This document shows, piece after piece, positions 22,788 through 35,900 of a DNA stretch of 64,000 bases. The stretch is taken from the NCBI GenBank assembly GCA_977018835.1, contig OZ361259.1, forward strand, positions 3,782,001 through 3,846,000, in the 5' to 3' direction. Source of the DNA: Minutocellus sp. GHC0000111 (Eukaryota). Under the pieces are notes generated by a model that worked only from the letters and a program-made list of their open reading frames with translations, was not told the DNA's origin and ran no database searches. Position 1 is the stretch's first letter. Each line of letters begins with the position of its first letter. A program made the position numbers and the translations under genes.

Positions 22788-25744
22788 TCTCTGCCGCAAC
22801 GCAAAGCGGTATCGTTCCCATCTGGGCATGTCGGGTACCTTGATCTTGACGCCAAAAGGTGCCTTGGGATCTTTTACAAAGACGAAGCTAGTTCCAGGAC
22901 CTTTCCGTCCAGCCATGATCTTCTTGGATTCCACAGGAGGGTTGTCGACAACGGCCTCTGGAACAACAGGTGCGTCGGCGGCCTTGCGTGTTAAAATGCG
23001 CCGGGAAATTTCCAGGACAATCTGCTCCGGGGCAGAGCCATCGTCATTGTCTGGACCTTCAAAGAGGAGTTCATCCTCGTCATCGAGAACCGAAGCCAAC
23101 GACATGTCCTCAATGTTAGCGTCGGGATGCTCTCGGAGAACTCCGCTGATAATATCTCCAAGTCTGTCGGGCTCAGGAAATGAAGTGTCGACGTACTCGC
23201 TATCGTTCCGATCCATCTTCTTGACCCTCGGAGTGGGGTTCGCATTGATCTTGCGGATTTTCTTGGCGATCTTCTTTTCGGCCCTCTTCTTGCTGTGGCG
23301 AGCCTCAAGCTTGGGCAATTCAAAGTGTATCGAGATCTTCTTGGTAATTTTCTTGTTGGCCAAACGAGATCGAATGTTGTGCTCGATGGGATCCTTGCCG
23401 CCATCGTCTCTCTCATCACTACAGTCATCGTTGCCAGCTCCATCTTGTGGCTCGAGATTGTCATCTTCGTCACTGCCACTGCCAGAGTCGTTGCTCTCGT
23501 CGCCACTGCTGGGCTCATACTCGGAACCAGACGCAACAGGAGAACTAGGCACGGCGTCGGCAAGTGTTGGGCGGTCGTTAATTTCCCATCCCATTGCCTC
23601 AAATTTCTCGTGGCGGAGCTTTATTCGTTTCTCTCGAAGCTTTTCATACTCGGAGAGCTCGTACTCATCCTCCTCCTCCTCCTCTTCCGAGTCGTTTTCT
23701 GCACTGCCACTATCTGGTCCAGTTACATCGTCTTCCTTTTCGCTTTCCGAATCCGCCTTAAGTGCATCGTCCGTGTATGGATCGTTGAGATGTGAATAGT
23801 TGACGGCCTTCTTGCAGGAGCGGGTTCTCCGTCGTCGGTGGTCAGACCCTGACTTCGGATTGCTAGCAGGACATTCGTCACCGTCAGGATGGGTTTGGTC
23901 TTTTGGAGTTCCATCTTGATCGCGCCACCTGCCGTGGATCTTGTGGTGCAGGAAAAGCAATGTCAGAAGAGGAGAGTATTGTTAGGCGTTGCATCGGCAC
24001 AGTAGGAGATTGGTGCGGTTCATAGACAGCAGATTAACACGTGTCAACAAGCTTAACTTACTCGTGCGCTACGCCGCAATGTCATAGACGAGGTCTTTTC
24101 TTGCTCCTTTTTGGCCTTTACGCCTCCCCGCTTCCGCTTGGTAGACCTCCTCGTGGCTACTGGCTGGTCCTCGGGCTGAGTCGGGGGTCCATCACTGGCA
24201 CTATCGGCATCGGCACTGCTGCTGTTGTTGGCATTGCTATCGACACTGTTGCTTTGCGCCTCCTGCTGCATGTTGGTTTCTGCCACAGTGGCATCGCTAT
24301 CCTGTGGGTCATCGTGGCTTGATGCACAGGACAGAAGAGCAGGAGACATCTCGCCACGCTCGGTGGCATCGGAATCATCGGAACCATCGGAACCACCGGC
24401 GTTACTATCGTTCTTGCGATTGCTAGGCTTGCCATCATCACCGCCGTCGGCAGATGGAGAACAAGACGGAGTCCGTAGGCGATACAAGACAACGTTGGCG
24501 TCTTGGTGAATCTCATCTCCCATGGCATCGACAAGGTGAACCCTCTCATCGTCAACGTGGTACCATTCACCGTCGCTACCGGCGACGTATGCGGTGCAAT
24601 GACCGTTGTCTAGGCGGTTGCCGCTGTGCATGCCAACACCTGCCAGATCATATGTGGCCTCAGTTCCTGTGCTAAGAGGGATGCGAAGGACAAGAGGTAT
24701 CGTCACGGTTGCGGAAATCTTTCGTAGCAAAGAGTCCTCGTTGCCGGATCTGTGAATGTGGACACACAACGCGGGTGAAGTTTCCAGTATCTCTTGTTGC
24801 TTCGATGCGGAAGGATTGGTAGGAATGCGCCCGAACCGCCTTCAAGACGGCTCCTTTGACCTGCCTCTTATTCTTCTTGACCCTTCCGTCTTGCAGCAGA
24901 TCCATGAGGTACTCAACAGCAGCTTCGCGAGTTGAGTCTAAATTTTGATGAAACTCAAGGATTGCAACAAGAGTGGCAACTTCCTCCTGGTCCAACGTAA
25001 CCCGCAGATTCTCTAGCATCGATTCGACTGCTGTCATGGTGCCACGACGATTGTGGCCAATGCAGTGTTCGCTATCGCAGGATCGCTCAACAACCTCAGG
25101 TTCCATGTTGCTGACGACAAGTTCCTGCAGAGTGAAGGCATCGCTGTTGTTGGTGTTGGACAGCGAAACGTCCATGCTGTGCTGGATGATGTTGGATCTT
25201 CTACCGCTGGCGCTTTCTTGGCAGCACCGACCGCACAGTATCGTCTGATTCAATTGGATCTCAGCGAAGGAAGTATCCACCCCCTCTTCTTTCAATTTTT
25301 GGAAGATGCAGCGCATCAGCTGAGATGCGTCGCCAGGACATCCTAGCCGGAAATCGGGGCCAAGATGGCGCAGCGCAGAAACGAGTCGAGTGTTGAAAGG
25401 ACACAGGGCGCCGCTGCCGTCACGAAGCCCTTCCAAAAAGAAATACTTGAAGTCGTAAGTAAAGGAGCCGATTTCGGGATTAACGCGCTCGAGTGAAGGA
25501 GCAACAAGGTCTCGCATCACAAAACAGATCAAGACCGTCGCTGTTGCAGCAAAGCACAGCTGATCCTCGGAACGGTTGAGGAGTCAACGCGGCCTTTTGG
25601 TAAGCCCATTCTGCTGAGTATTGAAATGGCAGAAATAAATTTGGGTGAGGATGAGATCGAATAGGAGAGGTTGCAATTCAATAAAGTATGCGCCCGTCAT
25701 CAAGTACTCACCGTCCAATTTGTAGGGCATGAGGAGATCTGAAA

Positions 25745-26405
25745 ACTATCCGGCACCTCGGTGGCCTGGCTGTCCAATATCTCGGCGGCCTCTCCATCCG
25801 GAGCTTCGGTGGCCTCGCCATCCGACATCTCGGTGGCCTCGCCATTCGGCATCTCGGTGGCCTGACTGTCCAATATCTCGGCGGCCTCTCCATCCGGAGC
25901 TTTGGTGGCCTCGCCATCCGGCATCTCGGCGGCCTCTCCATCCGGCATTTCGGTGGCTTCGCTGTCCAATACCTCAATGGCCTCGCCATTCGGCATCTCG
26001 GTGGCCTGGCTGTCCAATATCTCGGCGGCCTCTCCATCCGGAGCTTCGGTGGCCTCGCCATCCGGCATCTCGGCGGCCTCTCCATCCGGCATCTCGGTGG
26101 CTTCGCTGTCCAATACCTCAATGGCCTCGCCATCCGACATCTCGGTGGCCTCGCCATTCGGCATCTCGGTGGCCTGACTGTCCAATATCTCGGCGGCCTC
26201 GCCATCCGACATCTCGGTGGCCTCGCCATTCGGCATCTCGGTGGCCTGACTGTCCAATATCTCGGCGGCCTCTCCATCCGGAGCTTTGGTGGCCTCGCCA
26301 TCCGGCATCTCGGCGGCCTCTCGGTGGCTTCGCTGTCCAATACCTCAATGGCCTCGCCATTCGGCATCTCGGTGGCCTGGCTGTCCAATATCTCGGCGGC
26401 CTCTC
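25745..26405 (-). repeat. 24-bp coding minisatellite (8-aa units such as ATEMPDGE, AAEILDSQ, AIEVLDSE)
   Basis: Directly visible periodic units with higher-order variants. Confidence 0.9.
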
Positions 26406-27703
26406 CATGGGATGCGACAATGCCCATGGGCATGAGTAGTCCTAGCACAGCGATGCCGCCAAGGAGCGGCAATGCAAAAGAAGCGAACGGGCCGAACCTC
26501 GCAGTCTTGCTGAATGTAGGATAAGCCGACGCTGGAGACACCATCAACATGGCAATGCAAATGGCCGGCCAGAGCTTGAATCGCCACTTAGGCGCAACGC
26601 GAGCGCCCGAACGACGAGCGGACGAGATGACGTTGGGGGAACGCTGCGAGGCGCGCCCAATGCGATTCGTAGAGGGAATCAAAGGGAGAAAGATGCCGGT
26701 AGCAACAATCGTAGTGTTAGCGTTGGCAAAGGTAACGGCGATGGCAGTGGCAACGGAGGCGCCAACCGCACACACGGACACGGCATTGCCGACAACAATA
26801 CGAGTAGTCAGCTCCCGCCACGCAAGAGCGTAACAAAGTGCGGCTTCAACGGTAGCGTGAATGGACTCAACGGAATTGGAAAGGTAGCCGAAGGCTAGGT
26901 CCTGTGGAAGCAGTATTTGAAGTTGGCAACGGCGCCGACGAAGAAGTTGGCGTGAGGTCCAAGAAAGAAGTGAGTTCTACGTAGTGGGATTGTGCTTTGT
27001 TCGTGTGTTGTAACAAGCAAACTGCAACAAAGGCAATGCAGTGCAAGTAAGTAACCGAATACGCACCCGAGTAATATCGGAGAAGCGAAAGGCCAAGGTG
27101 ACATCAAGGGCAAGCGCCACCGAAGAGATGGGCAGCACGACGGCGAAGACGAGCTCAGCAGCAGCACGGGAAGGGTGGAGCCGGTCTTCGTCGTTCCATA
27201 CGGCAGCAACAACACTGGCCGCAAAGGATGCGAAGAGGAAGGCGATGAAGAGAATCATGGAAGCGGTTTGGGATTTGTAGTTGTAGTTTCAATGGCGAAG
27301 AAGTGAAAACAATGACGAATTTGGATCCCGCTCAGACACAGCGTGCGAGCGCAAAGCCATGCGGATGCGCATTCGGGCTGCGCATTGTCGTGCGTTGGAT
27401 ATTGGCCGTCAATCGAGGAGACGAAGCAGCAGCAGCAGCAGCAGCAGCAGGCAGCCAGCGCAGCAGCAGCAAGAATTCTGCTCGATGATGACGGGGCAGC
27501 GAACGCAAATCACTTTTTTGTGCTGCTTGCTCTGTGATGAGAGGTTGAAATGTTATTTTTTATGAGTTTTATTAGAATTTTAATCGTCATCAGTTTTTAA
27601 TGTTGCATTTCCAATATGCCTATGTCAATTGGACTCTTCCTCTCACATGTTACTTGCTTTATCACACATAAATTCAACAAAACAAATACGTCACCTATCC
27701 CAG

Positions 27704-29437
27704 CAGCGAGAGATCACGCGACCAAGCCACGTCCAAGGTGTCCATCGGAGAGGCTAGCACCACCTCCAACGTCCTCGTTGGATCCCCCCTCCCCCATGGT
27801 TTCGCCAACAACCAAGCTCATGTTTCTGACGACACCAAACGCTCTGCCGAATGTGGCGTGCTTGAAGGCAAGCAGGGCGACGACTTTGACCATGGAAATT
27901 CTAATCCCTCGAAAGGCGTGCTTGGCAACGGTCAGAACAATGCCGATGCTTGTTGCAATGACGGTAATGGCCTTTCAGTGAAAAACGACGACGATGTCGA
28001 TGGTGACATCGATATCGGTGCTCCCTCCGGTGATGAGGGGTTGCACGTGCTGGCTCAAGAAGCGGTAGGCCGCAGTGCAGCATCTCCGTTCGAAGTGCCT
28101 GAGCAGATGCTCCCCCCGCCCCACGAGTCTCCATACAGGCGAGGAGACCTCGCCTGGACGGCCATGCGCACGAGCTCGTACATGCATGTGCGATAACATC
28201 TCACATTGTCTTTTCTCTCTCTACATGTGTGTGCATGTTACAAATCACATGTGTGCTGCTCTCGTTTTACCAACTACAGCATGACGGCTGTCGATCACAG
28301 CCCCACGGTGTCAGGCCACCAATCCACCAACTCAAATGATGAACTACGCGGAGACGAAGCAGACAACTTGTCCTGGTCACTAGAGCTAGGGTCACAGTTA
28401 TCCTTCTTGCGTGGTAACGAGGATGCCGAAGACACCACGTTTAGCCAAATCGTTAGCAAGCAAATACATGCGGACGAAGCAGCAGCAGCAGCAGATGCTG
28501 TTAATGAAATATTCCAGGGTGGTGTTGAGGACGGTGGTCTGACCGACGGCATGGAGCAAGACAATGCCGGTTTCGAATCGCAAATGTCTTTCGGAGACCC
28601 GTCGTTAGACTTTTGTGATTCGGAGCATGTTGCTAGGAGATTGACCTATGGCATGCCGCACCGTTCAACCGCAGACGAATCCGTTGCTGCCGCCCTCAAT
28701 GCCCTCAATGGCGCCAACAGGACCAGTGCCCAGGCCCCAGTCGAGGGTCAAGCCGAGGCCCCAGCCGAGGCCCCAGTCGAGGCCCCAGCCAAGGCCCCAG
28801 CCGAGGCCCCAGTCATTGCCCCAGTCGAGGCCCAAGCCGAGGCCCCAGCCCAGGCCGAGGCCCCAGCCCAGGCCGAGGCCCAGCCCAGGCCGATGCCCAA
28901 GCGTACACAGATTATCCCGCCTTCAACCTGCCATACAACAGTACAATGATCAAGCATGCCCGAAACAGGCTCAAAAAGCGTGGCGAGCTTTCCATGGCAA
29001 CCACCGCCACGGACGACAAGGTGGTTGCTGCCGACAGGGCCGATCTTCGCTGCTTGTACGAAAATCTTTTCAACAGGTTTGCAGGCCGTCCCCAAAACAT
29101 TTTAGATCATCTGAATTCACTCTCGTCAAACGTTCACGTTCAAGGTTTCCTGTCCTTTGTGACTGAGTTGCTCGGGGACAGCCACGATGTCCCGGCCCTC
29201 GGTACTGTCGCCATTACCAAACTCTGCAGCACATCTCAGGTCAGAACACATTTTCGGTATCCTCTTTACAGAGGGGATCTGGAGGAAAAGTTGGTCGGCG
29301 CTCTAAACCGAGACATAGCCACGTTCCACGTCCTGAGATTCTTGTACGCCATTGCTGTGAGAGCACATGTTAAATGGGCACCTCTCAAAAACCCTACCTA
29401 TTCGAAACGAAAACTGCAATACAACAATGCAACTTAA
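27704..29437 (+). pseudogene. Hypothetical gene of unknown function with EAPA/EAPV repeats, probably frameshifted
   Basis: Candidate exons 27704-28177 and 28280 onward join in frame. 12/18-bp repeats at about 28730-28885. An apparent 2-nt (CA) duplication near 28908 shifts into ORF 28946-29437. Confidence 0.4.
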
Positions 29438-29761
29438 AGTGTGATCAGTCAAATGGATGTTGCACGTGGTAGTTGCATGTTCTGTTTGTAGTCTGTACAG
29501 AAGTACATACATATATATATGTAGATATCCACATACATGCAGGATCCTCAAGGTTCACGCTAGCTGCTGCGTTGCTAGCCAGCGAGCTACGTGCGCAGTG
29601 AGCGTCTTCACGTAACCGTAACTGTAATTGTAACCGCATGCCACTGTCACTTTCACTTTCATTACTGTAACTGTAGCCGTCACTGCGCAGCTGGCGGCAT
29701 TTGGTCTGTAACTAACGATGATCATTCTTTGCGCCAGTCGGTCATCTTCTCTCTTGTTGTC

Positions 29762-30589
29762 ATGGAAATCACCCCGCCGCAATGCCGATTCCAGGGAGCA
29801 GAATTCGATATGTCCTTTGGCATGTCCATCACTACTCCCATCATGCCTTCGCCCTCCTTTGGAAGCCTCGAAGCCGCGTTCGCAAACCCATCGACCGGAC
29901 CAGGTGGACCGAGGAGCGGGGCATCCAATCCAGCCACCCCGGGCAGGAGCAGTCTCATGGATGGCATCAGTCTCGACCCAATCAATCTGTCGTTCGATTT
30001 GGATTTGGATATGGACCTGGACGACGGCCTTGGCGACCTTGGCATCGCTGACGTGGAGATGAGCTCCGGGGGAAGCAATGGCGAGGACGGCGACGGCACC
30101 GAAGGAGGAGAAGTCAGCGACGCCCAGGAGGACGGGGATGATATTGACGAGGATATCTGGAGGCACATGTACGCGCAACTTCAGATTTACCACCACGTCT
30201 ACTCTCACACAAATGTCAGCCCGACCGACAACGATCCTGCTCTCGAACGGTTCGTGGATCGTATCCGTCAAGGCCGGTCTCATTTGAACGCGGAGAGGGC
30301 GAGGCAGCTCGTCGAAGTGAACTTTCAATATGAGCTGGACGAAGACGATGCCGATTGGTACAACAACCTCCAGGCAGTCCATCGCCACATTAGCACCGTT
30401 GGTGCCCACCGCCTCGGCGAGATCGAAGACGTCGAGCTCCTCTCCTGGCTTGGCGTTCAGATGACGGGACACCTCGGCCTGGACCACGCCGGTGTTGCCC
30501 ATGACGTGAACCAAACGGCCGCTCTCCGAACCCTCGAAAATCTCGGCATCGGTCTGGATTGGCAATCTCTTTCACTCAATCGCCGCTGA
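29762..30589 (+). CDS. Protein with two degenerate HA domains
   Basis: IWRHMYAQLQIYHHVYSHTNVS…ERARQLVEVNFQY and DWYNNLQAV…LSWLGVQ…LENLGI match the HA pattern seen in the array at 21-22.8 kb. Confidence 0.6.
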   Translation: MEITPPQCRFQGAEFDMSFGMSITTPIMPSPSFGSLEAAFANPSTGPGGPRSGASNPATPGRSSLMDGISLDPINLSFDLDLDMDLDDGLGDLGIADVEMSSGGSNGEDGDGTEGGEVSDAQEDGDDIDEDIWRHMYAQLQIYHHVYSHTNVSPTDNDPALERFVDRIRQGRSHLNAERARQLVEVNFQYELDEDDADWYNNLQAVHRHISTVGAHRLGEIEDVELLSWLGVQMTGHLGLDHAGVAHDVNQTAALRTLENLGIGLDWQSLSLNRR

Positions 30590-30920
30590 ATCGAATCGAG
30601 TGCATGCCGAGTAGCTTAGAATAGTAGTGTAATCTAGTCTAGTGTCGGACGCCTCATACAGCGGCTATTTATGGGGGATAGGCCTAGGTACCAGATTCCT
30701 CCGATGGCACGCCCCAAATACGAGGGGGTAAAATATACAGGGGAATACTAGTCCCAACATCGCCATCGGCGAATTTCCTATTGTAGGACCGATGCGTTCA
30801 ACTGAGGACCAAACTGTAACCGCCTGATCAACGTAACTGTAATTTGGCATCAGATGCCACTATCCTCATTCGTAGCAAAATTCGACCGCGACCGATGCCT
30901 CATTATCCGTCGATCCTCCC

Positions 30921-31876
30921 ATGGTTGATCCACCCCCGCCGAAGCGGGTCAAAGTGGCCGCCGCCGCCGCCGTCTCCAAAGCGGTTGGTTCGGATCTCGT
31001 CACCAGCTTCCTCGGCCCTCTTTTGCCAACCCCCGTCCCCTTTGGCGTCGTCGAGATGTTCCTCCTCTACGTCGGCCTGGCCGGCCAGGCGGCCCTCGTC
31101 GTCACGAGCAAACACACTCTCTCGGTGGTCAATGCCGTCCGGGCTGCCGGTGGGTATCCCCAGCGCACCCTCCGCGCACTCTTTCCCGAGCTCAACCACC
31201 ACAAGTTTCCCGCTGATCCCGAGGGAGATGCTCGGGCTTTGCGTCTTCTCAAACAGCGGATCTTCCAGAGGTTTGTGGCGAGACTCGACCGCCCCGAATT
31301 CGTCCCGGTGTCGATCCCTCCACTTGAGTCATATGGCGCTCTCATCGATGTCCGGGGCGCCGAGGGTGATTCCAGCATAAAGGTGTCGTCCTACATTCCG
31401 TCCGCCTCGATTCGATTCGACAACGAGGTTCCCGGCAACATCCTGATCGACTTTGATGCCCTCGAGGACGAGTGGAACCGGTCCGTCATCTTGCCGCTGG
31501 CCAAGAACGACAACCTGTGGATCACCCTCCACTTCCACCTAGTTGGGACCGACCAGTACCTGTTGGTCTTCTCCGGTCAGTACCATGCCAGTTGTATTCG
31601 ATCCTTCTCCGAGCACACCTCGTTGGATGTGTGGGAGTCGCTGGGCTCGCATGTCTTCTCCAAGCAGTGTGCCGACATTGCCATCCTAGAGGAGAAGCGG
31701 AACGGCAACAGGCCGACCTCCCCCATCCAATTGAAGGCTTGGTCGTCCCTGGACTTCATCCGGTCCCGCTGCTGCATCTGCACGTGCTCGGAGGGGCGGG
31801 AGACGCTTCGTCAAATTGGATCGGTCCATGAACATCATTACAATGATTATGAACTGAACAACTTCATTCCTTTGGA
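30921..31876 (+). CDS. Hypothetical protein with a possible N-terminal F-box-like motif; 3' end lost in the gap
   Basis: GC3-rich ORF open up to the N gap. VPFGVVEMFLLYVGLAGQAALVVTSK weakly resembles the F-box consensus. Confidence 0.45.
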
Positions 31877-32076
31877 NNNNNNNNNNNNNNNNNNNNNNNN
31901 NNNNNNNNNNNNNNNNNNNNNNNNNNNNNNNNNNNNNNNNNNNNNNNNNNNNNNNNNNNNNNNNNNNNNNNNNNNNNNNNNNNNNNNNNNNNNNNNNNNN
32001 NNNNNNNNNNNNNNNNNNNNNNNNNNNNNNNNNNNNNNNNNNNNNNNNNNNNNNNNNNNNNNNNNNNNNNNNNNNN
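31877..32076. other. Assembly gap (200 N)
   Basis: Run of N. Confidence 1.
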
Positions 32077-32195
32077 CCGATATATCGGCAAGAGAGAGTC
32101 AGGTGGGTGAACAAATGAAGAAGACGAAGTCACGTCAGGTGGGTGAACAAATGAAGAAGACGAAGCAACAATCCAAGTTTTTGATGCCTTGGTTT

Positions 32196-32457
32196 TGCAC
32201 TATGTACGAGGTACAGAGATGCGAAAAGGTAGAATAAAGTAGTTGTATAAAGTTGTTGGAAATAGATTGTGACTAGAGTAGAGAGATTAAACTAGATTTG
32301 ATAAGATTGATCTCCAACTTGATGCGATCGGCATCTACGTTGGGAGATACTAGCACGTTGCCAGATCTTGGCACGACACATGATGTGTGCTCGACGGGAA
32401 CAGCGAGCGTATCCATATGACGTAATATTATCGTCATTCAGACGATCACATGTTGCA
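32196..32457 (-). repeat. Gypsy 3' LTR
   Basis: Matches 37172-37433 except G at 32221 versus A at 37197. Preceded on the minus strand by a purine-rich GTGGGGCCGAA. Confidence 0.95.
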
Positions 32458-32504
32458 TTCGGCCCCACGCTCGATGTTGCCTTGTTTTCCTGTAGGCCTC
32501 CTTA

Positions 32505-35500
32505 CTATTCCCGGAACGGCGTCACTCGTCTGATGTTGACGCGTTCGGAAATTGGCCCTTTCTGAATCCTGACATTCCCGCTTTCAGGGAGAAACTCGAG
32601 GACTTTGTACGGTCCGAGGTAAGGACGCTCGTACTTGTTGGCTTGCTTGTTGAGCAACAATATCTTGTCGCCTCGGCGATAGCGATGAGGAATTCTCCTA
32701 TCGTTCTCACGTTCATTATTCTTTTTTATTATCTTTTGCTTCTGCTCTCGTATAAGTCGCCAGTCAGCTACGTGACGAACATTAAATATCATAATGTTAT
32801 ACTAGCTGTCCCGGACTTGCTTTCAGCGTTGTATGATATGTACTGCGAATTCCATACGCAGCGGCGGCAAGAACGCCTTGCCAATCGAATTCGACATCTT
32901 CTGATGTTTCGAGGTCCTTGGAACGAACCATCGACGCCAAGGTCTGATGTATTCGCTCTACAATTGAGTTTGCTTGTGGATTTGCCGTAGTAGCAAATTT
33001 CACCTCAATATCATATTCTTTTTCGCAGAGTTCATCCTTGAACGCACTGCCAATAAATTCTTTGCCACGATCGACGGTAACTTCCGATGGACGTGGATAT
33101 CTTGATAGCCATGTATACTCGACAATATTGGCTACGGTCATCGACCTTTTATCATCGTAAGTAGCGATCTCAAACCATCCGGTTGCTGGATCGATCATTG
33201 TTACGGCTTTCAGCTGTAAGTCAGGCTTATGTTTTCCCTTGCGGCGGATAGTATATGGTCCGATAAGATCAACACATAATTTTTCCCATGGTTCTGCTTC
33301 TGCTACTTTCTCTGGCAGATGGCCAAACTTGCGAATTTGCTTCTTGCTTTTCTGACAAGTCGCGCATTTTGTTACTGCGGCCTTCACTTCATCTTGTAGG
33401 CCTGGCCAATAGAGGTGTTGCTTTATTGTTTCCTCCGTCCTGGTCGCTCCAGGATGCATAAGATACGTGTGGTACCATTCAATCACGTGCTTACGCAGGG
33501 GTTTCGGTACATAGATCTTCCCCTGGGATGTGCAGGCGAGGTCAATTTGCTTGCCTCCGGCCCCACGAAAGGACTGCGTATGTAGTTTCTTAGCGCTAAT
33601 TTGGTCAGATACGCTTGCGTCCCGATTTTGGTATTTACGCAACATTTTGTACGATAAAGGCATTGAGCCAACGTCAGCGCGATCCAACGCGACGTCGTAT
33701 CTTTCCGCCAATTCGACGTTCGAAACAACGATTCGTCGAAGGTTTCAGGGTCATTTTCGGTCGGAAGGCCAGATCGTCAGCTGCTACGTTATCAAGGCCT
33801 TTGACATAAATAATTTCGGGACCATATTCTTCAATGAGCAGACGCCAGCGCATCACGCGGTCTGTATTGAACTGTTTGTATGTCAGATTTTTGTGGTCCG
33901 TATAAATCTTGACTTTCTGGCCAAGAAGGATGTTTCTGCATTCCTTGAGAGTTTCTACGATACTCAAAAGTTCTCGTTCCGTTGTCGTGTAGCGCGTCTG
34001 CGCGTCAGACAATTTGCGGGAATAGAATGCGATAGGCCTTCCCTTCTGAGAAATAACGGCCCCGAGTTGGGTTTTGCGTGCGTCGGTGTGAATGATGAAC
34101 TCGTCATCGAAGTCAGGATAAGCGAGGAGCGCGTCACGTCCGATGATACGCTTCATCTCGTCGAACGCTTCTTGTTCGACGGTCGTCCATACGAAATTTT
34201 TTTTCTTGGACGTCAGTTTTGTGAGAGGCGCGAGAATATGTGCTCGTCGAGGCCACATGTCGCGGTAGTAATTGACAAGGCCGACGAATCGACGGACTTG
34301 CTTGACGGATTTTGGCGGAGCAAGATTAGCAACTGCTTCAACTTTCTTTGCGAGGGGACGGATGCCATCGCGAGTCACCCAGTATCCAAGGTATTCGCAT
34401 TCGAAGCGGCCAAAGAATGATTTGTCTGCATTTACTTTCAGGCCAGCCTCGGCAATTCTGAGAAGCACACGCTCGAGTTCCTCGAGGTGATTATTCCATG
34501 TATCTTTTGTAGTAAGAAGCACATCATCCAGATATGCTTGGATATGCTCGAAACCATAGAATAAATCATTAATTTTCTCTTGGAATATATCAGGAGCATT
34601 GCAGATGCCCATCGGCAGCCTACAATATTCGTATTTTCCCCAAGGCAGGACGATGGTGCATAAGCGTCGTGCATTTGGAGTAAGTTGAAGATGATAATAT
34701 CCCATATTAAGATCTAAGCTAGTAGCGTACTTGAATCCTTGCAATTTCAGTAGCATGTCTTTAATGTTAGGTATTGGGAATGGTTTTCTTTGGATGCGTT
34801 TGTTGAGTTCTCTGAAATCTGTCAGAAAGCGAATAGTACCGTTCTTTTTGGCTTGAGCAAAGCATGGAGCTCCCCATTCTGAGTCATTGCATCGCCGTAG
34901 TACTCCAATTTCGCACAAGCGATCGATTTCATCGCGAAATACTTTGTCATGTACCCTCGGTACAGGAAATGGCTTGGCGTGGAATGGCTTGGCGCATTCC
35001 TTTTAGATTTATGTCGACAGGCGTAGTATTCCATGTACCAAGCGTGCCATAAAATTAAAATTCATATTTTGAGAGTAGATTGAATAACTTATCGCGCTCA
35101 TCCGATTCTAGGTGAGTGCAGCCATCGGCTATCTTTCGCAGATCTGCCTTGTGATAATTGGCGGCTGAGATCCGAGTTGCGCGATCTGACATTTCACGTA
35201 CAGTTTCGCTGTCGTGCGCTTCTTCGTCATAAATGTCTTCTGCTCGGAAACTCAAGATTTCTGAAAAGTCTTTCATGGGCGTCGAGCATCCATCGAAAGG
35301 CCCCGTACCGCCAGCTACGGTACAAGTAGAGAATAGCAGGTCTATTCCTAATTCTGTCATTAGATCGCGACCAACAATCATGTCATAACTATGGTCTGCC
35401 GAAGAATCGTCCACATGTACATCAAATGTAATGTCCTTTGTGCTGTCTAGCTCTGGAAGACGAAAATAAATTTTAGATTTTGATTTGGTATTGAAAGTAC

Positions 35501-35900
35501 CACCTCGGGTATTCCATTTGGTTTGCTCATCCTTTTTGCGACGGGCTTTAGGGATGTGCTTACCCGATAAAATAGTACCACTTGTGCCGGAATCCATAAG
35601 TATTTTGAGTTTAGTTGTCTTACTGGCTCTAGACTTTTTCTTATTCAAATTCAAAAGTAGATCACCAAATAATACTGGAGTATATTGTACAGTTCTTGCT
35701 TTCTTCCTGGATCTAGCTCGATCTAGAAGCGCATATGATTCATGATAATTATCATGCATATCTTGCATGTCATACATTGTTAGTGGAGGAGCATAAGTAT
35801 TTAATTCTCGATTACAATACATGTTATCGCTACAAATATTATCAATATCGGCCATCCCGGCCCCATTACTGAAGAACAATACAGATTCCGGCGCAAACCT
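32505..35900 (-). pseudogene. pol: Gypsy pol (protease, RT, RNase H, integrase), disrupted
   Basis: Motifs LMDSGTS (PR), YLDD (RT), IHTDA…ERELLSI (RH), H…H…CxxC plus DLIGP (INT) and a GPY tail. In-frame stop at 35055-35057 and frameshifts near 35003, 33770, 33720 and 32795. Confidence 0.92.

Larger units (their letters stand above)
21066..27258 (-). pseudogene. Disrupted multidomain gene: hydrophobic N-terminus, 8-aa acidic repeats, USP/C19 peptidase domain and HA-domain array; introns 27066-26902, 25711-25614, 24061-23940
   Basis: Phase-0 splice sites link the ORF pieces. Cys-box-like PR*LLNRSEDQLCFA (TGA at 25586-25584) and His box YDLAGVGMHSG…GHCTAYV…WYHVDD. Frameshifts near 26320 and 24782. 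Confidence 0.7.

Noticed and set aside
24770..24790. Programmed ribosomal frameshift in the USP domain, and likewise near 46340
   Set aside because: No convincing slippery heptamer. Neighbouring lesions point to decay or sequencing indels.
25708..26439. Arg/Pro-rich repeat proteins in alternative frames (RPPRCRMA, SRWPRHP)
   Set aside because: Out-of-frame readings of the 24-bp minisatellite. Only the acidic frame connects to the upstream ORF and the splice donor.
27425..27472. (GCA)n tract as a polyQ or polyA gene
   Set aside because: A short microsatellite in a divergent intergenic or 5' region with no supported ORF.
30921..32237. 438-aa ORF spanning the N run
   Set aside because: The reading frame across a 200-N gap is arbitrary, and the sequence after the gap is repeat or Copia-derived.
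33530..34420. 296-aa plus-strand ORF, and similarly 36219-37133
   Set aside because: Antisense to Gypsy pol and gag, with no independent motifs.
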